From Cystobasidiomycetes sp. EMM_F5 (lineage: Eukaryota), in contig JBPGPT010000048.1 in NCBI GenBank assembly GCA_051047955.1, positions 62,001-94,179 on the forward strand: a DNA stretch of 32,179 nt. The letters run 5' to 3'. A model generated the notes under the pieces. That model saw nothing but the letters and a program-made list of their open reading frames with translations, did no database searches and was not told the origin of the DNA. Both the position numbers and the translations under genes were made by a program. This document shows positions 10,822-22,540 of this stretch, piece by piece (the first letter of the stretch is position 1; every line of letters begins with the position of its first letter).

Positions 10822-12802
10822 ATGATTCCGCTGCCCGACGAGCTGCTGCACTCTCTCGCATCATGGCAGCCAGTGTACGCCCATCTCAGCGCGCTGCTGC
10901 AGTCGCCGTACCCTCCCCGTTCCATCTTTGTCCACGCTCCGAGCAACCTGGACGTGGCTGCTCAGTTGCTGGCAGCCTGCATGCCCGCAACATATGGCTC
11001 TGACCACTCGCAGGCTGATGTTGACGATATCCCTCATCCCTCAATCCAGTCCTTACTCCCTAGCGCCGTCTTTGTGGACTGCGCAGAAGTCGCGTCGACA
11101 AAGGCACTCTATGGGCGTGTACTCAATACTCTGAGCGGGTGGGGCACAGGCAGATGGGATGATGTCTACGGCGGTGTCGTCAACTGGGACGGAAGGCAGG
11201 ACGGGTATCGCGTCACAAAAGACGGACAACGAAGCACCCCTCGTCTCGTCTGGGACTTGGATAGTACACCAGCACCGCTTGCAAGCACAAACGGAGCACT
11301 GTCCACATCACGCAAAGACGAAAGTCTGTCTGGATTTCTCGAGGGACTCAGAGCTGTATTTGATCTAGGAAAAACAGATAGCCATCCGTCGACCTCTCAA
11401 GATCCGCCCCGCTTTATAGTCCTGGTCAATGCCGACCGGCTTTCACAGATTGAGACTATACAAGCAGGGCAGCCAGAGGGGATGCTGCTGGCGGTATTTA
11501 TGCGCATAGGCGAGCTGGTGCGTCATTCGGCAGTCAGTCTTCATAGCTGTAATACAAATTCATGTCTATCAACAGACTGGAAAGCCCATCACGCCTATAT
11601 TAGTATCTTCGATAGACTGGCTCCTGCTCCGCCCGCCTCGGGGTGCGACGGAGCCAGCTGCCGTCATAGACATCCCATCTTTGGGCTCGAAAGGTTTGTC
11701 AGGAATGTAATGCACGCACAGGCTTTGCTGACCATCATATCTCTCACAGACATTTCGGACTTTTCGTATCACACTCTTGTGCACACGCTCTCCGTGCCTA
11801 CTATCAACTCGACCGACGCACCAGAGCGCTTGCATAGTGCTTTGCGGCTTATCATCAGCCTACTTCAACCCGTGTTCGAGCCATACTACGGAGACGAGTT
11901 GTCACCATACCTCTTTCTGATTGACAAATGCTGGCCAGAATGGTATGCTACCTTTCTACGAGATGGTGGTACGTCTGGCATCCAATACAGCGTAGCCAAA
12001 GCTGAATCAAATGCCACCTCCAACAGACGATGGCTACTCTCCGCGCGTGTTTTCCGCATTCAAACCGATTCTGACAAGGGAACTTGACCTTGTGGCCGAG
12101 CTACGGCCGTTGGTCAGCGCCCCACAAGCACAAGATACTCAGTCCCACACAGCTTCCAGCTCTTTCGAGATGGCTGTCTCACCAAGCAAGCGTCCTACCG
12201 ACAATGGCGTTGTAGAAGGCATTCGCTCTCATGCAGACACACATCTCCAGACGCCGCCGCAAGAAAAGTTGGCAATGTCTCTACCAGTCATTGCGAAATA
12301 TCTCATCATTGCTGCATTTCTCGCGTCTGCAAATCCTAGCAAGACCGACATACTCATGCTCGCAACGGCCGAAGATGAATTTTTAGCAAGCAAGAGGCGA
12401 AAAAAGAAGGGTGGTGGAACGCGCAAGACACCTACGAAACGAGCTGATGCAAACAGAAAGGAGAAATTGCCACAACGCTTGCTTGGTCCGAAACCTTTTC
12501 CCATCGAACGGCTACTGGCAGTCTGCGAGTGCATCTTGCCTGTGGAATTGCGTTATCTTGCGCATGGTCCTGATATCCTGCATCAAGTAGCTACGCTCAC
12601 CAGCCTTAGGTTCTTGACCAAGACTTCAATGGGCGCCACGAGCTCAGGTCTGTCTGGTGCTGCGTCTGGCGGTAGTTTTTCTGCCTTTGACAGGCTGGAC
12701 AATATCAAGCTCAAGTGCAATAATCTGGAATTGGAACTCGTCGAAACGCTCGGTAGGAGTGTCGGATTCAAAGTAGCAGAGAGGCTGTGGGAAGCATTGT
12801 AG
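10822..12802 (+). CDS. ORC5: Origin recognition complex subunit 5; exons 10822-11517, 11576-11693, 11750-11968, 12027-12802
   Basis: The C-terminal segment LPVIAKYLIIAAFLASANPSKTD...RLLGPKPFPIERLLA...VATL...LD.IKLKCN matches the ORC5 C-terminal domain. The N-terminal part is AAA-like (VDC.E......LY.R.LN.L). Three phase-compatible GT-AG introns. Confidence 0.88.
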
Positions 12803-12867
12803 GGCATTATAATATGACGAACAACAACAGACGGAGTGCGCTAGCGGCACACAGATTGCACGTGCCA

Positions 12868-13954
12868 TCAAGCTGCAAGATGTGACTTTTCTGATTTACG
12901 CGACTTTTTCGACTTCTTGACTGGAGTATCCTGTGAGAGCTGCGCAGAAATGTCCATTGATGCATCCCCTTGGATATCAGGTAGCGACTTGCGATCTTTC
13001 CTGCGCTTCTTCTCCTTGGTAGGATCCGTTTCGGTTGGAGTAGCATTAGGCGCAACCTGCTGAGACGATGGTTGGTCCGGTCTGGCGAAATCGGGTTTAG
13101 TATGAAAGCCGTATGGTGCAAAGAAGCCGTTAAGCCCTGCGGGCTGGCTGCGCTTTGTAGGCTCGCTGTCATCGTCGCTGCCCGTATCTTCCTTCCCGTT
13201 ACTGGCAACGGGGACCGAGGATACAGCAGGAGGAAAGCTGAGCGCCTGTTTGATGACAATGTGGTGTGATATTGGCATGGGTGCTGTGTAAAGCATCCCA
13301 TCAGACATCAGTCAATGAACATGATATGTGACCTGCCTGTCGAATATGTGCGACCCTTCCTATCAGGACACAAGGCTGTAAAGCTGAGCATTTCGCCTGC
13401 ACCGACAGCGCTTATCGCTTCTGGCTCGGAGCCTACGGAAACGATATCATATTGCACCTTCTTATGACTGAGCACGCCAAGTTTTTCGGACGTCTTGCTG
13501 TTCTTTGGCACTTTGATGCTGGTTTCAGTCAGATGTCGTAATTTGAACTGGGGCAATGTTACATTTCAGAACACCTTACAGCACTGGCATTAGAGAACTC
13601 ACTCCTTCCGGAAGACGAATAGCCCATAATTGACATCCAGTAGCGAGCTTCTGTCTTAGCGTCTCGCTATCAAATTGCGAAAGTTGTGCTCCGCTTCCAG
13701 TCGCTCGTTTCAGACCCGCTGGCGGCGTAAATGACCTATAACACATGAATGAGTGTGCGTCGCTGCAATCTTTGAACAGTTCCAGCTCACTCTGCCGACA
13801 GTACTGCAGAAGTCTCCCCGTTCAGTCCACTCCCTTCGCCGTCGAGCGCAAACTCGACTCTGCGTCGTTTGGCCAGTCTCACTTCCTCACGGTCTGCATC
13901 AGACTCGGACCCAGAGGTGCTCTGTCGCGCATCACGGACAGACGCAGCAGGCAT
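12868..13954 (-). CDS. RPA34: RNA polymerase I subunit RPA34.5-like; exons 13954-13791, 13735-13603, 13547-13337, 13283-12868 (third intron GC-AG)
   Basis: The spliced product contains FTPPAG...LWAIRLPEG...YDIV...EM.....LCP...P..HHIV...QPAGL..FFAPYG and a Lys-rich tail (KEKKRRK, KKSKKSRK), the RPA34.5 layout. Confidence 0.72.
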
Positions 13955-14285
13955 GACAGTTGTGTAAAAGGCAAGTACTCATGGGAATCGTCAGCTTGAA
14001 ACAGGTTCTGCTGGCGACACGTGACTGGACTTTGAGATGGTTTCAATGCAAACGCAGGCTACCTGCTTGGAGCCTGTGGGCAGAGTAGCGCCGTCATTGC
14101 GACATAGCGGCTCGCTTCGTTGCTTTCCCGGACGGGCTTTGAGCTGGTTCCCGTCAGACCCGGCAATTTGTTGTCTACATTCTACAAATCATTCGGTCTA
14201 TGACAGCTTGAAAGCGCGAGGACGAGCCGCCGCCGCCCTCGCTTTGATGCCGACGATCAACCACGTCGGCTAGTCCGGCTCAGCT

Positions 14286-15011
14286 TCACTTGTCCAGCTT
14301 GTAGCCAACGACGTGCCTAGCATAAAGAAGTAGCCCGTCAGCAAAGGTACGCAATGAACAATCACATTCACGACGACCCACCTCCTGCCAATCATCTCTC
14401 CAATGGTAAAGATGCCGTACGCTTCGATGGCATAGACGGCGAGTCGCTTCCATTCTCCGCTCTCAAGAATAGATCTCCACCAAGAGGCATCCGATGCCTT
14501 TTTGTACCCGTCTTCGTATACATGTCTAATCGCTTGCAGATCCGTAGGTGGTGCCAGCTTTTCAGAGATGTACACTTGCTTGGCAACTTCACGGAGAACG
14601 GCCAGATTGTGGACGACGGGTTCGCGGTATGCTGCAAATGAGGAGTGGAGCAAATCAACGGAAGATGCCAGCTTAGCTCGACGCTAAACAGAACTGCACA
14701 TTGGTGCACCTACATCCCAATAAGCCTGAAGCTGTGCTCGAGACCTGTCCGAGTATACGACTGCCTGCAGCGGAAGCCTGACCGGCGTACTTTGATGCGC
14801 CCTCCACCGCGGCGTCTGCGCCCGCTTTCGCCTTGTTGGCAGCTGCGTCTGCCGTGTCCTTGACCTTGTCTGCAGCTTTGGCCGTCGTTTCCTTTACTGA
14901 GTCCGCCGTAGAGGTGGAAGCTGCCCGACGTTGCCCGATAATCTGAGCACTTCGCAAGGCGCTGCTGCGGGCAAAGCAGCCAGCCGTCGACGTAAGAACT
15001 GTCCGCTGCAT
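14286..15011 (-). CDS. ATP20: Mitochondrial F1Fo ATP synthase subunit g; exons 15011-14714, 14631-14382, 14316-14286
   Basis: Arg/Ser/Ala-rich mitochondrial presequence, then YREPVVHNLAV.REVAKQVY..EKLAPP...W...AIEAYGIFTIGEMIGRRHVVGYKL, the subunit g signature with GxxxG. Confidence 0.93.
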
Positions 15012-15624
15012 GGTTGTGACAGATATCGAGACAGAGCTGCTGGATTTTAAACACGTCTGATGGATCAAATCGCAAGCCGCAAACTGATCCACGACCAGCG
15101 GAGAAATTCGGTGGTCTGTTTCGCACGAACAGCCTGGACGATGTATTGCGATATGGCAAGTCGGCAGCCTGTTCAGCTATGCAATCAAAGAATTAACTCC
15201 GTAAGTCTTGTCCTGCTCTCTCTCCACTCCCGCAATCCCCGTCGCAAATTTTCAACGATGAACAAATACAAAATCGATTAGTCTTTCCGAAGCGTTACTG
15301 CTCATGGCGACTATACCGTACACACACTGAAAATCCTGAAGGAAAACCGCCCACTCGCCTACATCTCGTTGATGTAAATCCGATTAAGTCGATGAGTCGC
15401 ACAGTATGCTGACCGTTCTACTATGTAGCAGAATCACGGCAGGCACGCAAGCCATGATAATATCCGCAGAGAAGCCCTGGTCACATGAGATGTGAATGCA
15501 TTCACGCACTGCGTCGGAACTACAGTGTCTGGCATTGTTCTAGTTCAGGAACGCCGAAATGTCCGACTGCGATGCAACCGAGATTGACACTCGAGATAGG
15601 TATGAATGTGCATCTGCCATGTCA

Positions 15625-18538
15625 TCACTTGTGATAAGCAGAATAGTATCTGTCAAAGTCTCTTTCGTGGAGTTTTGCTGCAAAAATTGGCGGAGGTCGC
15701 TTCGGAGTCCCGCTCAACTCGTCCAGAACTCCTCGCCAATATTTGCGTTTGCTTTGCTTGCCGACTGTAGAGTCTGCCTTCCGTTCGTTGCTTCTGACAG
15801 TGTCGTTCTTGCGGTGTAGTCGCGTGCGGGGAGGTGTCTGTGACGGAAAGAACACGGAATTCAAGGTGGATACGCTAACTGACTGAGGAACTTCGGTAGG
15901 GGTATGCGATGATATGCTAGGCGGGACGTTCGTGTTGATGCGCAATCTAGGAATAGGCCTACGCCTGGCCTGAAACAAGCCTTGTATGTTGGTAGCCTGC
16001 CTTCTATCGGTGCCGTCGTTGACAGGAAGAATGCCTGTGCCAGTACTGGGACGACCTTGCGGCCATGTGGCATTGCTTTGCGAAGTTGTAGAGCCAGCGG
16101 ATGGCCGCACTGGAATAGCAGAAGAGCTAGGCAACGCGGCGTTGCCGGCCCCGGTAGTGCTGACATTGTCGACTATTGTGCCCGGAGTGGTCGGCGTTGT
16201 GAATCGAACAGTAGCTGGTGCTCTCTGAGAATTACTTGGCAATCTAGACTGGCTACCAGCATTACTGGGTGTACGATGACTGCTGCTTGCTCGACTGTCG
16301 TTATTTGCTCCTGACATTATGGGAGCAGTCGTGGCTGGTCGCCTCGTAGTGGTAGACGATGTCACAGTTGATGCTGTAGGAATTAGTGGAGGAATCGCAC
16401 CCGTAGATACCAAAGGGGGAGAATTGCGGTGTTGGGGAGTTCGACCACTTTGTGTCCGACTCTGGCTACTTCTGACGGATGAGGTAGGCATTGGCGCAGG
16501 CGTCGGATGTCTTGGTGGCAGAAGTGGAGGAGTCACACCCGCAGACGGTTGTGGGGATCTTCTCGAAATTCGATTCTCGGCACCTGTCTCTGAGGTTTGC
16601 CTTGGTCCAATTTGACTGCCGATACCAGCATTGCTGCCGTTGCGGCTGCCACCCCTAGTCGAGCCCACTTCAGACGTATTAGCATCTGCTTGTTGCACGA
16701 TTGCTGGGCTTCTCGGAGGGAGTGAAGGCTGGCTAGCGGCAGGAGTTGGGAAGCTTGATCTAGTCGACTGATGCGTCTGCCCGCGCTGTGAACTTGCTAT
16801 GTTCTGGCCAGTCGGAGTTGACGAACTGCTAAGACGATTTTGAGATGCCCAACAAAGACATTACATTGTAGTTTGCGAATCACAGACAATGTGAATCGGG
16901 TCAGCGGGAGTCTGGCTAGAGGCTGACAGAATTGCACGAACCTGCTGGGCATAGGACTCAGGTGGACTAGACCACTACCACCCAGATTATAGCCGCCAGA
17001 GGTATCGGAGTCCCGGTTGGGCGATGACACTGTAAATGGCATTCCACCAGCAGGAAGCGGTCTGCCAGAAGGAGTAGGATTCCTGCGTCCGCCCTGGATA
17101 GCGCCTGAAGGCGCATCCGCTACTCGAACGTGCCCATCCTCACTTCCAAGCGATCGGCGCTGAGGATGCCCGCGAACTGCTTCTACCCTCAGGCCTGGTG
17201 ACACATGGAACATCCTTACTCCAGAATTGTCACCTGAACCATCGTCAACACCGAAAAGGCATTCTTCACCATCGTGTGTCTGCAGATCGATAACATCGCC
17301 TCGACGAACGGGAAAGGTGAAAGAATATGAAGTCGAAGTATCTGACGATGCCTATGTAATGATAGAACTGTCAGTTATCATTATGACCGGAGCTCAGGGT
17401 GCGGAACGGACTTGCGAAGTCGTGGTATATCCGGCGGCAGCAGAGGGTGTCTGTATGTCTCGTCTCGTCATCTGCATTTAAACCGGGTCTGTCCGTCGGA
17501 ATGCTAGCTGCACAGGGAAATGGATCTTACCGACGATTCACCAGTGGGGACCTGAGTCGGGAAAGGGGCAGACATGTACCGCGTATTTCCAGTCGGTCGC
17601 CTCGTCACGTAGTCGTTCCACATAATTTGGTAGAGCTCTTGCGGGATGACAGCTTCAAATGTCCGTCTGCCCCGCCAATATATTTGGTCTGGTTGGCGTA
17701 GTTCCTGGGTAGTGCGCTGCCGCTCAATGACGATTGCTCGACCCTCATCATTGCCATTGAGTATATACGAATGTTCTTGATCGTAGATATCCCATCTGCC
17801 ATCAGGGCCATCCGGGAGTCTGAGGGAGCGGTTGTGCAACACGCGTTCTGTGCCCGCCTGTGAATAATATTCCGGCTCGGACGATCTGTGGGAACCGGAA
17901 TCCCACGATTCCGTGCTTGAGTTGGACGATGACCGGTTCTCTGCCTCATCGAGCAGTTGTTCGCCAGCTAGAGATGACTCGCGTGAGCCCGATCCCGTCT
18001 AGTTCTCTCATTATCAGCTGTATAGCCTACAGTACCTCTGATACGGTTACGCTAACCTCTATCCAGCTCCTCGTAGAGAGATCATTGTCTCGAAAGATAA
18101 GTTGCGGTTTTTGAGGCTCATCCACTTGCTGTGGAGACGGAGTATGAGCCTCGTTGATTCAATGCCAGCAGGCACACTTACTGGACCCGTACTAGGCGCC
18201 GTACCTCTAGAGCGCATTGCCGTCGGGTAGGTGCTCCATATTTTTGGGGATCTAGTCGGCCCATACGCTGAGACGGGTGAATCGCTATGACATTCATCAG
18301 CCCCAAAGGTCAGTGCTTCCCTGAATAACGAGCATACTGACGTGTAGTGATCTCGACTACGACCAGCTGCGCTGGAGATCGCGACACTTCCGGGATACTC
18401 ATCTGCAGCGTCATCCTGGATGAGCAGTTCGTCACGACGGTAGCCATTCTGGCGACGGTGGAAGCTTTCAGCGTCGTCGGAGCTCCCGCTGTTGCTCCGT
18501 GGGCGGCTGTTTGCAGATCGCGAGGGTGAATGTCGCAT
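15625..18538 (-). CDS. Orphan paralog A (~837 aa), S/T/P/R-rich low-complexity protein with one 'NGN' domain; exons 18538-18342, 18284-18182, 18128-18057, 17998-17531, 17471-17412, 17351-16942, 16828-15625
   Basis: Six GT..AG introns join the ORF-track fragments (18059-18622, 17504-17842, 16797-17213, 15625-16698) into one frame with consistent phases. Shares motifs with the two adjacent genes at higher coordinates (B and C). Confidence 0.7.
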
Positions 18539-19074
18539 GCTTCTGGACTGAATATGGGCAGCGTAGCAACGAGATTGACTCAGTGACGATAGTCTTCGGT
18601 TTGGGTATGGTTGGCCAGACAAGGCGCAGCTAGGTGGGAGAAGAGACTCTCTTCTAGTACGCTGAGAGAACGAATGTGCGCGAGAGTATGACCTTGACCA
18701 GCAAGATGCTAAGGGGCTTTACGGAGAAGCGAGAGTGGGAGGATCAGCGGGTGGAGACTAGATGAGAAGCGCATTCCCTGGGCCTTTGCAGCAGCTACGA
18801 AAGTTGTCAGAGCAGTACAGCATCCTCAGCATCGCATGCTTCCGGCCAGCAGCCATCATCTCAGCACAATGGACAACGGGACGTCTGCAGTCCTTTGACG
18901 GCGACTGCACCGCTTCACACCGGGACGACTGCGGTGAGCAGTGCAGCAGTGCAGCTCTCCAATCAATGGCGTAGTGTCCGATATGGCAGCCAGTATAGTA
19001 TCCTCGTAAGGCTACGACTATGAGCTCAGCAGCACTAGTCAGATAGGGTCCATATCTTCCCGTTGAAGCTCAGA

Positions 19075-19099
19075 CATTGCATTGCATTGCATTGCATTG
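19075..19099 (+). repeat. (CATTG)5 microsatellite
   Basis: cattgcattgcattgcattgcattg in the intergenic region between paralogs B and A. Confidence 0.9.
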
Positions 19100-19362
19100 C
19101 TGCAGCATCATCATCTCTCAAATGCATTGTCGTCTTTTAGAATCCATGTTCGAGAGCGGTCACACTCGTACACGGCAGCGGCGAAGCGGATGCAAAAGGC
19201 GTTTCAAACATGATTATATGGCAACTGCAGACAATAGATAACTCTCCTCTCGCTCGGAGTCGTCGATGGCTTTCGATTCGTCCCATATCAACGAATGGCT
19301 CTATGCGCACACAAAGCGGGGCAGGCACCTCAGGCCAAGTCGCATGGCAGTAAAATTATCGA

Positions 19363-21805
19363 TTATCGGTATGCACGTCGCACTGTGCTGCCTAGTATAG
19401 GCTGCGCCCGCGACCCTGCAGTGTGAGCGCCACTCATAACATCAATAAATTGTCGAAATTTCGCACCAACCGTCTTGCGATTGGGTCCTCCAGTGTCTGA
19501 CCTATCAACTACCGTTTTGGCAGTGGTTTTGCCGGCCGAGCGCAATACTAACGGCTGCTTTGGCCTGGCATTTTGAGAAGCGGAGACGCCGAGTGAGTCT
19601 GGAGCTTGATTTCTGGCTCGGGCCGGGATATAGTAGGAGTGTCGGTGTGAGACCACAGACCGGCGGTCGTTTGTGGTTCCGCTATCAAACGAGGATAGGC
19701 TTGTGCTCCCACCTCGTCGCACCCTATCATACGGGCGCTCCTCTACCGTGTAATTCGTCTTACGCAGAGATCTTGGCGGTCGATATTCAGGCCGAGTTCC
19801 GTAGGGTGACCATGAGGGATTATTAGTACGCCGACTGTTTGTCAATCTATCCCTGGATGCCGACGAACGTGGATATGATGGTTGGCTAGACACGACCTGG
19901 TGCCTTGTGCGATAGCGGGTTTCGTAGCCGCCTATTGCCGCCCCGAAACTGCCGATTGACGTTGGAATATACACATCGCCTAACGAAGACAGGCTGTCAC
20001 GCTGTCGTAGTCGGTCATGCAAATCCTGGCTACTGCTGGAGGATGATGAGAGGGATTCGCCGGTCGGCCTACGCAAGCGTGGTACCGGATGCTGGTTGCT
20101 GTCTGTCTGATTGTTCCGGCCGTGCGACCCAACGGATGATGCAGGTGTTGTTGAGGACTGCTCGGGTGACGGCGCGAATTCAACGCGTCGTCTTCTTGCT
20201 CTCAGTCTACCTGGCTGCCCGACCGGAGGGCCCGTGTCTGACTGATTGTTGAGATCGGTCAAGAGTTCGACGGGTGTTAAATGCTGACTAGAGGGCCTCC
20301 TTATGATTTCCGTGCTTGGATGAGGTGTACTTGGTCGAGCGGAAGACCCGGGGGTTGCCTGAGTGCCCACAGGACGTAAAGGTTGAGGACTTAGCAAGTG
20401 AGGTCTGCGTTGTCGACTATATATACCAAGAAGAGCCTCATTACTGGACGGACGTGATGGAGAAGACGATGACGAAACGCGTTGTTCTCTGGTCAGGAAA
20501 TGCGGAGAAGCGACATTTTGTGGGTCTTGTTGCTTTTGTCGGTCGCCTCGCCTCACACGCACATAGACATTTGGTGGTATCACGGGCGCTTCTACTCTGA
20601 GCGTGCCACCCTCACCGGGATGCACAATTGCTTGGACACCACCGTGCGGGGTTTGTATGTGAAGTGGTCGCCCAGGATCAATAGGAACCTCTTCTGTGTA
20701 AAAGCCTGGAAGTTCTGTTTCAGATACCTGCGGAGATCAGTGCGTCAGCAACCGAACAATGTGTCTCACGTGGAAACGGTAATTCACCGGCGATGCCGTG
20801 CCCACGCTGTCTCTCCTTGCTCTGTCCCCACCGTCCCGCTGTGTACGGCTATTTCTGTCGGATCCGGAATTCGTGCTACCGAAAACAAGGTCATGCAATT
20901 CCGGCGGAACAATGTAATTTGTGTTGGAGCGAGGAGCGGACGCAATACTTGCGGGGCGCCAACCGCTCGCTTGGGGGTCGCTCAGCCAGGAAGAAGGTGT
21001 CTGGACGCGCCTGATGTTCGTGGAAGCAGTTGCACAGGTTGTTAGTGTGTCAGTCAATGTCTACGCTTCGGATTCGTCGTCCAACGTACGAATTAGCTCG
21101 ACTTCGTGTAGAACGATCGCCTTCACTCTCTACACTCTGCGTGCGCTGTTGCATTTCGAGCTCCTGGTAGAGCGCTTGGTCTATATTAATAAGCACCGCC
21201 GGTCGGCCACGCCAGGTATGCACATCACGCCGCGATGACTCTGCAGGTTGGATCGATCGTTTGAGCACTGCGATTGCGAGGTTTTCCGGATTACCATTGA
21301 ATAAGTATCGGGCATCTCGTGTAACATACTCCCAGGGTTCGTGCGGTCCAGCAGGGAGCTCTAAATCTGGGAGGCCTGCAAGCTCGACAGCATTTTCATC
21401 GTCGTAGTTCCACTCCAAAGATGGTGTATCGCTGACGTCGGATCGACTCCTATGCGAAGACTCTCCGCTATCGTATGTCGTTTCAGAAGAAGACTGGTGC
21501 AATATATGATTAGCTGCACGGCCGGGCTTTTGCAAGAGTATGCAGCGTCTACGCACTGATGTCCGAAGCTGATGTGAATCGGGATCTTCGTGGCCGTGGA
21601 CACTGGGTGCTTGGACCGGCGACACGGAGGGCTGCCTAGGCAGAGACCCTCTCGTTTCAGAGCTGGACGCAGCATCGTCTGCGGAGGGTCTGCGAGCACT
21701 TATGTTGCTGTTTGCATTTGAGAGATTGCTCCGAGTTCTCGCACGTAGGCTGGAGCTGCGATCACTTTCTACATAGGCCTGGTGTGGGTTGCCTGGACCC
21801 GACAT
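19363..21805 (-). CDS. Orphan paralog B (~752 aa), S/R/P-rich protein with one 'NGN' domain; exons 21805-21557, 21493-21090, 21010-20770, 20727-19363
   Basis: Phase-consistent GT-AG introns (the last is only 42 nt) join ORFs 21050-21805, 20737-21057 and 19363-20625. Contains LPAGPHEPW..RYLFNGNPENLAIAV..WRGR..LYQ. Confidence 0.7.
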
Positions 21806-22540
21806 GCTAATGCAATGAGTACTGTGGTGAAGCGCTACTCCCTCCTGTTAGGCAGCGGTATAACTCTCTTTGGGTAAAATTCCAGCACTTACAATGGAGG
21901 GAAAGGTATTGATAGTGAGCGGGGTGTTGCAGACTTGGGACTGGTAGATAAGCTCAGGCCTGACCGGCAGACTGAGTACACAGAATTCGATGACAATTGG
22001 AGAGGAGATGCGCTTGAAGGAGTGCACCCTCTCGCCCGCCTTCGAGTGTGCAGTGCGGTAGGTTGCCGTGCCCATCAAGGGAGTTCATTGTCCGAACAAG
22101 GGCACAGCCGGCACACAGGACTGCCAACCTCTCCCGTTGATACGAGGCGAGTCTGCCCTGCCATTGTTTTGAGGTATGAAAGGCCACGTCCATTGTGCGG
22201 ACTTTACCCATGTCACCGTATCAAACGGCGATGCAGCAGGCATTCCTGCAGCTCAGCTCAGCTCACGTCCTTCAATTTCAGCACCAGTTTGCATCAGCAT
22301 CAGCTTGCATCAATGTTAGCACATCTACTTCAAGGCCACTCTTCAGCCAGAAGCATCCGAACAGTAATATGTCCAGCAACGATGACCAGACGAAGAGCGA
22401 CAGCCAGCCTGCAGCTCAGCATTCGTGGCAGTCCTGCTCAACGCAGCGCAACATGGATTGGCAAAGACGCAAGACTCGCTCAACTCGATGACGGCGACCA
22501 AGCCAGTTGCTGCCAGGTCTTTCTGCTACAACAGGCCAAC

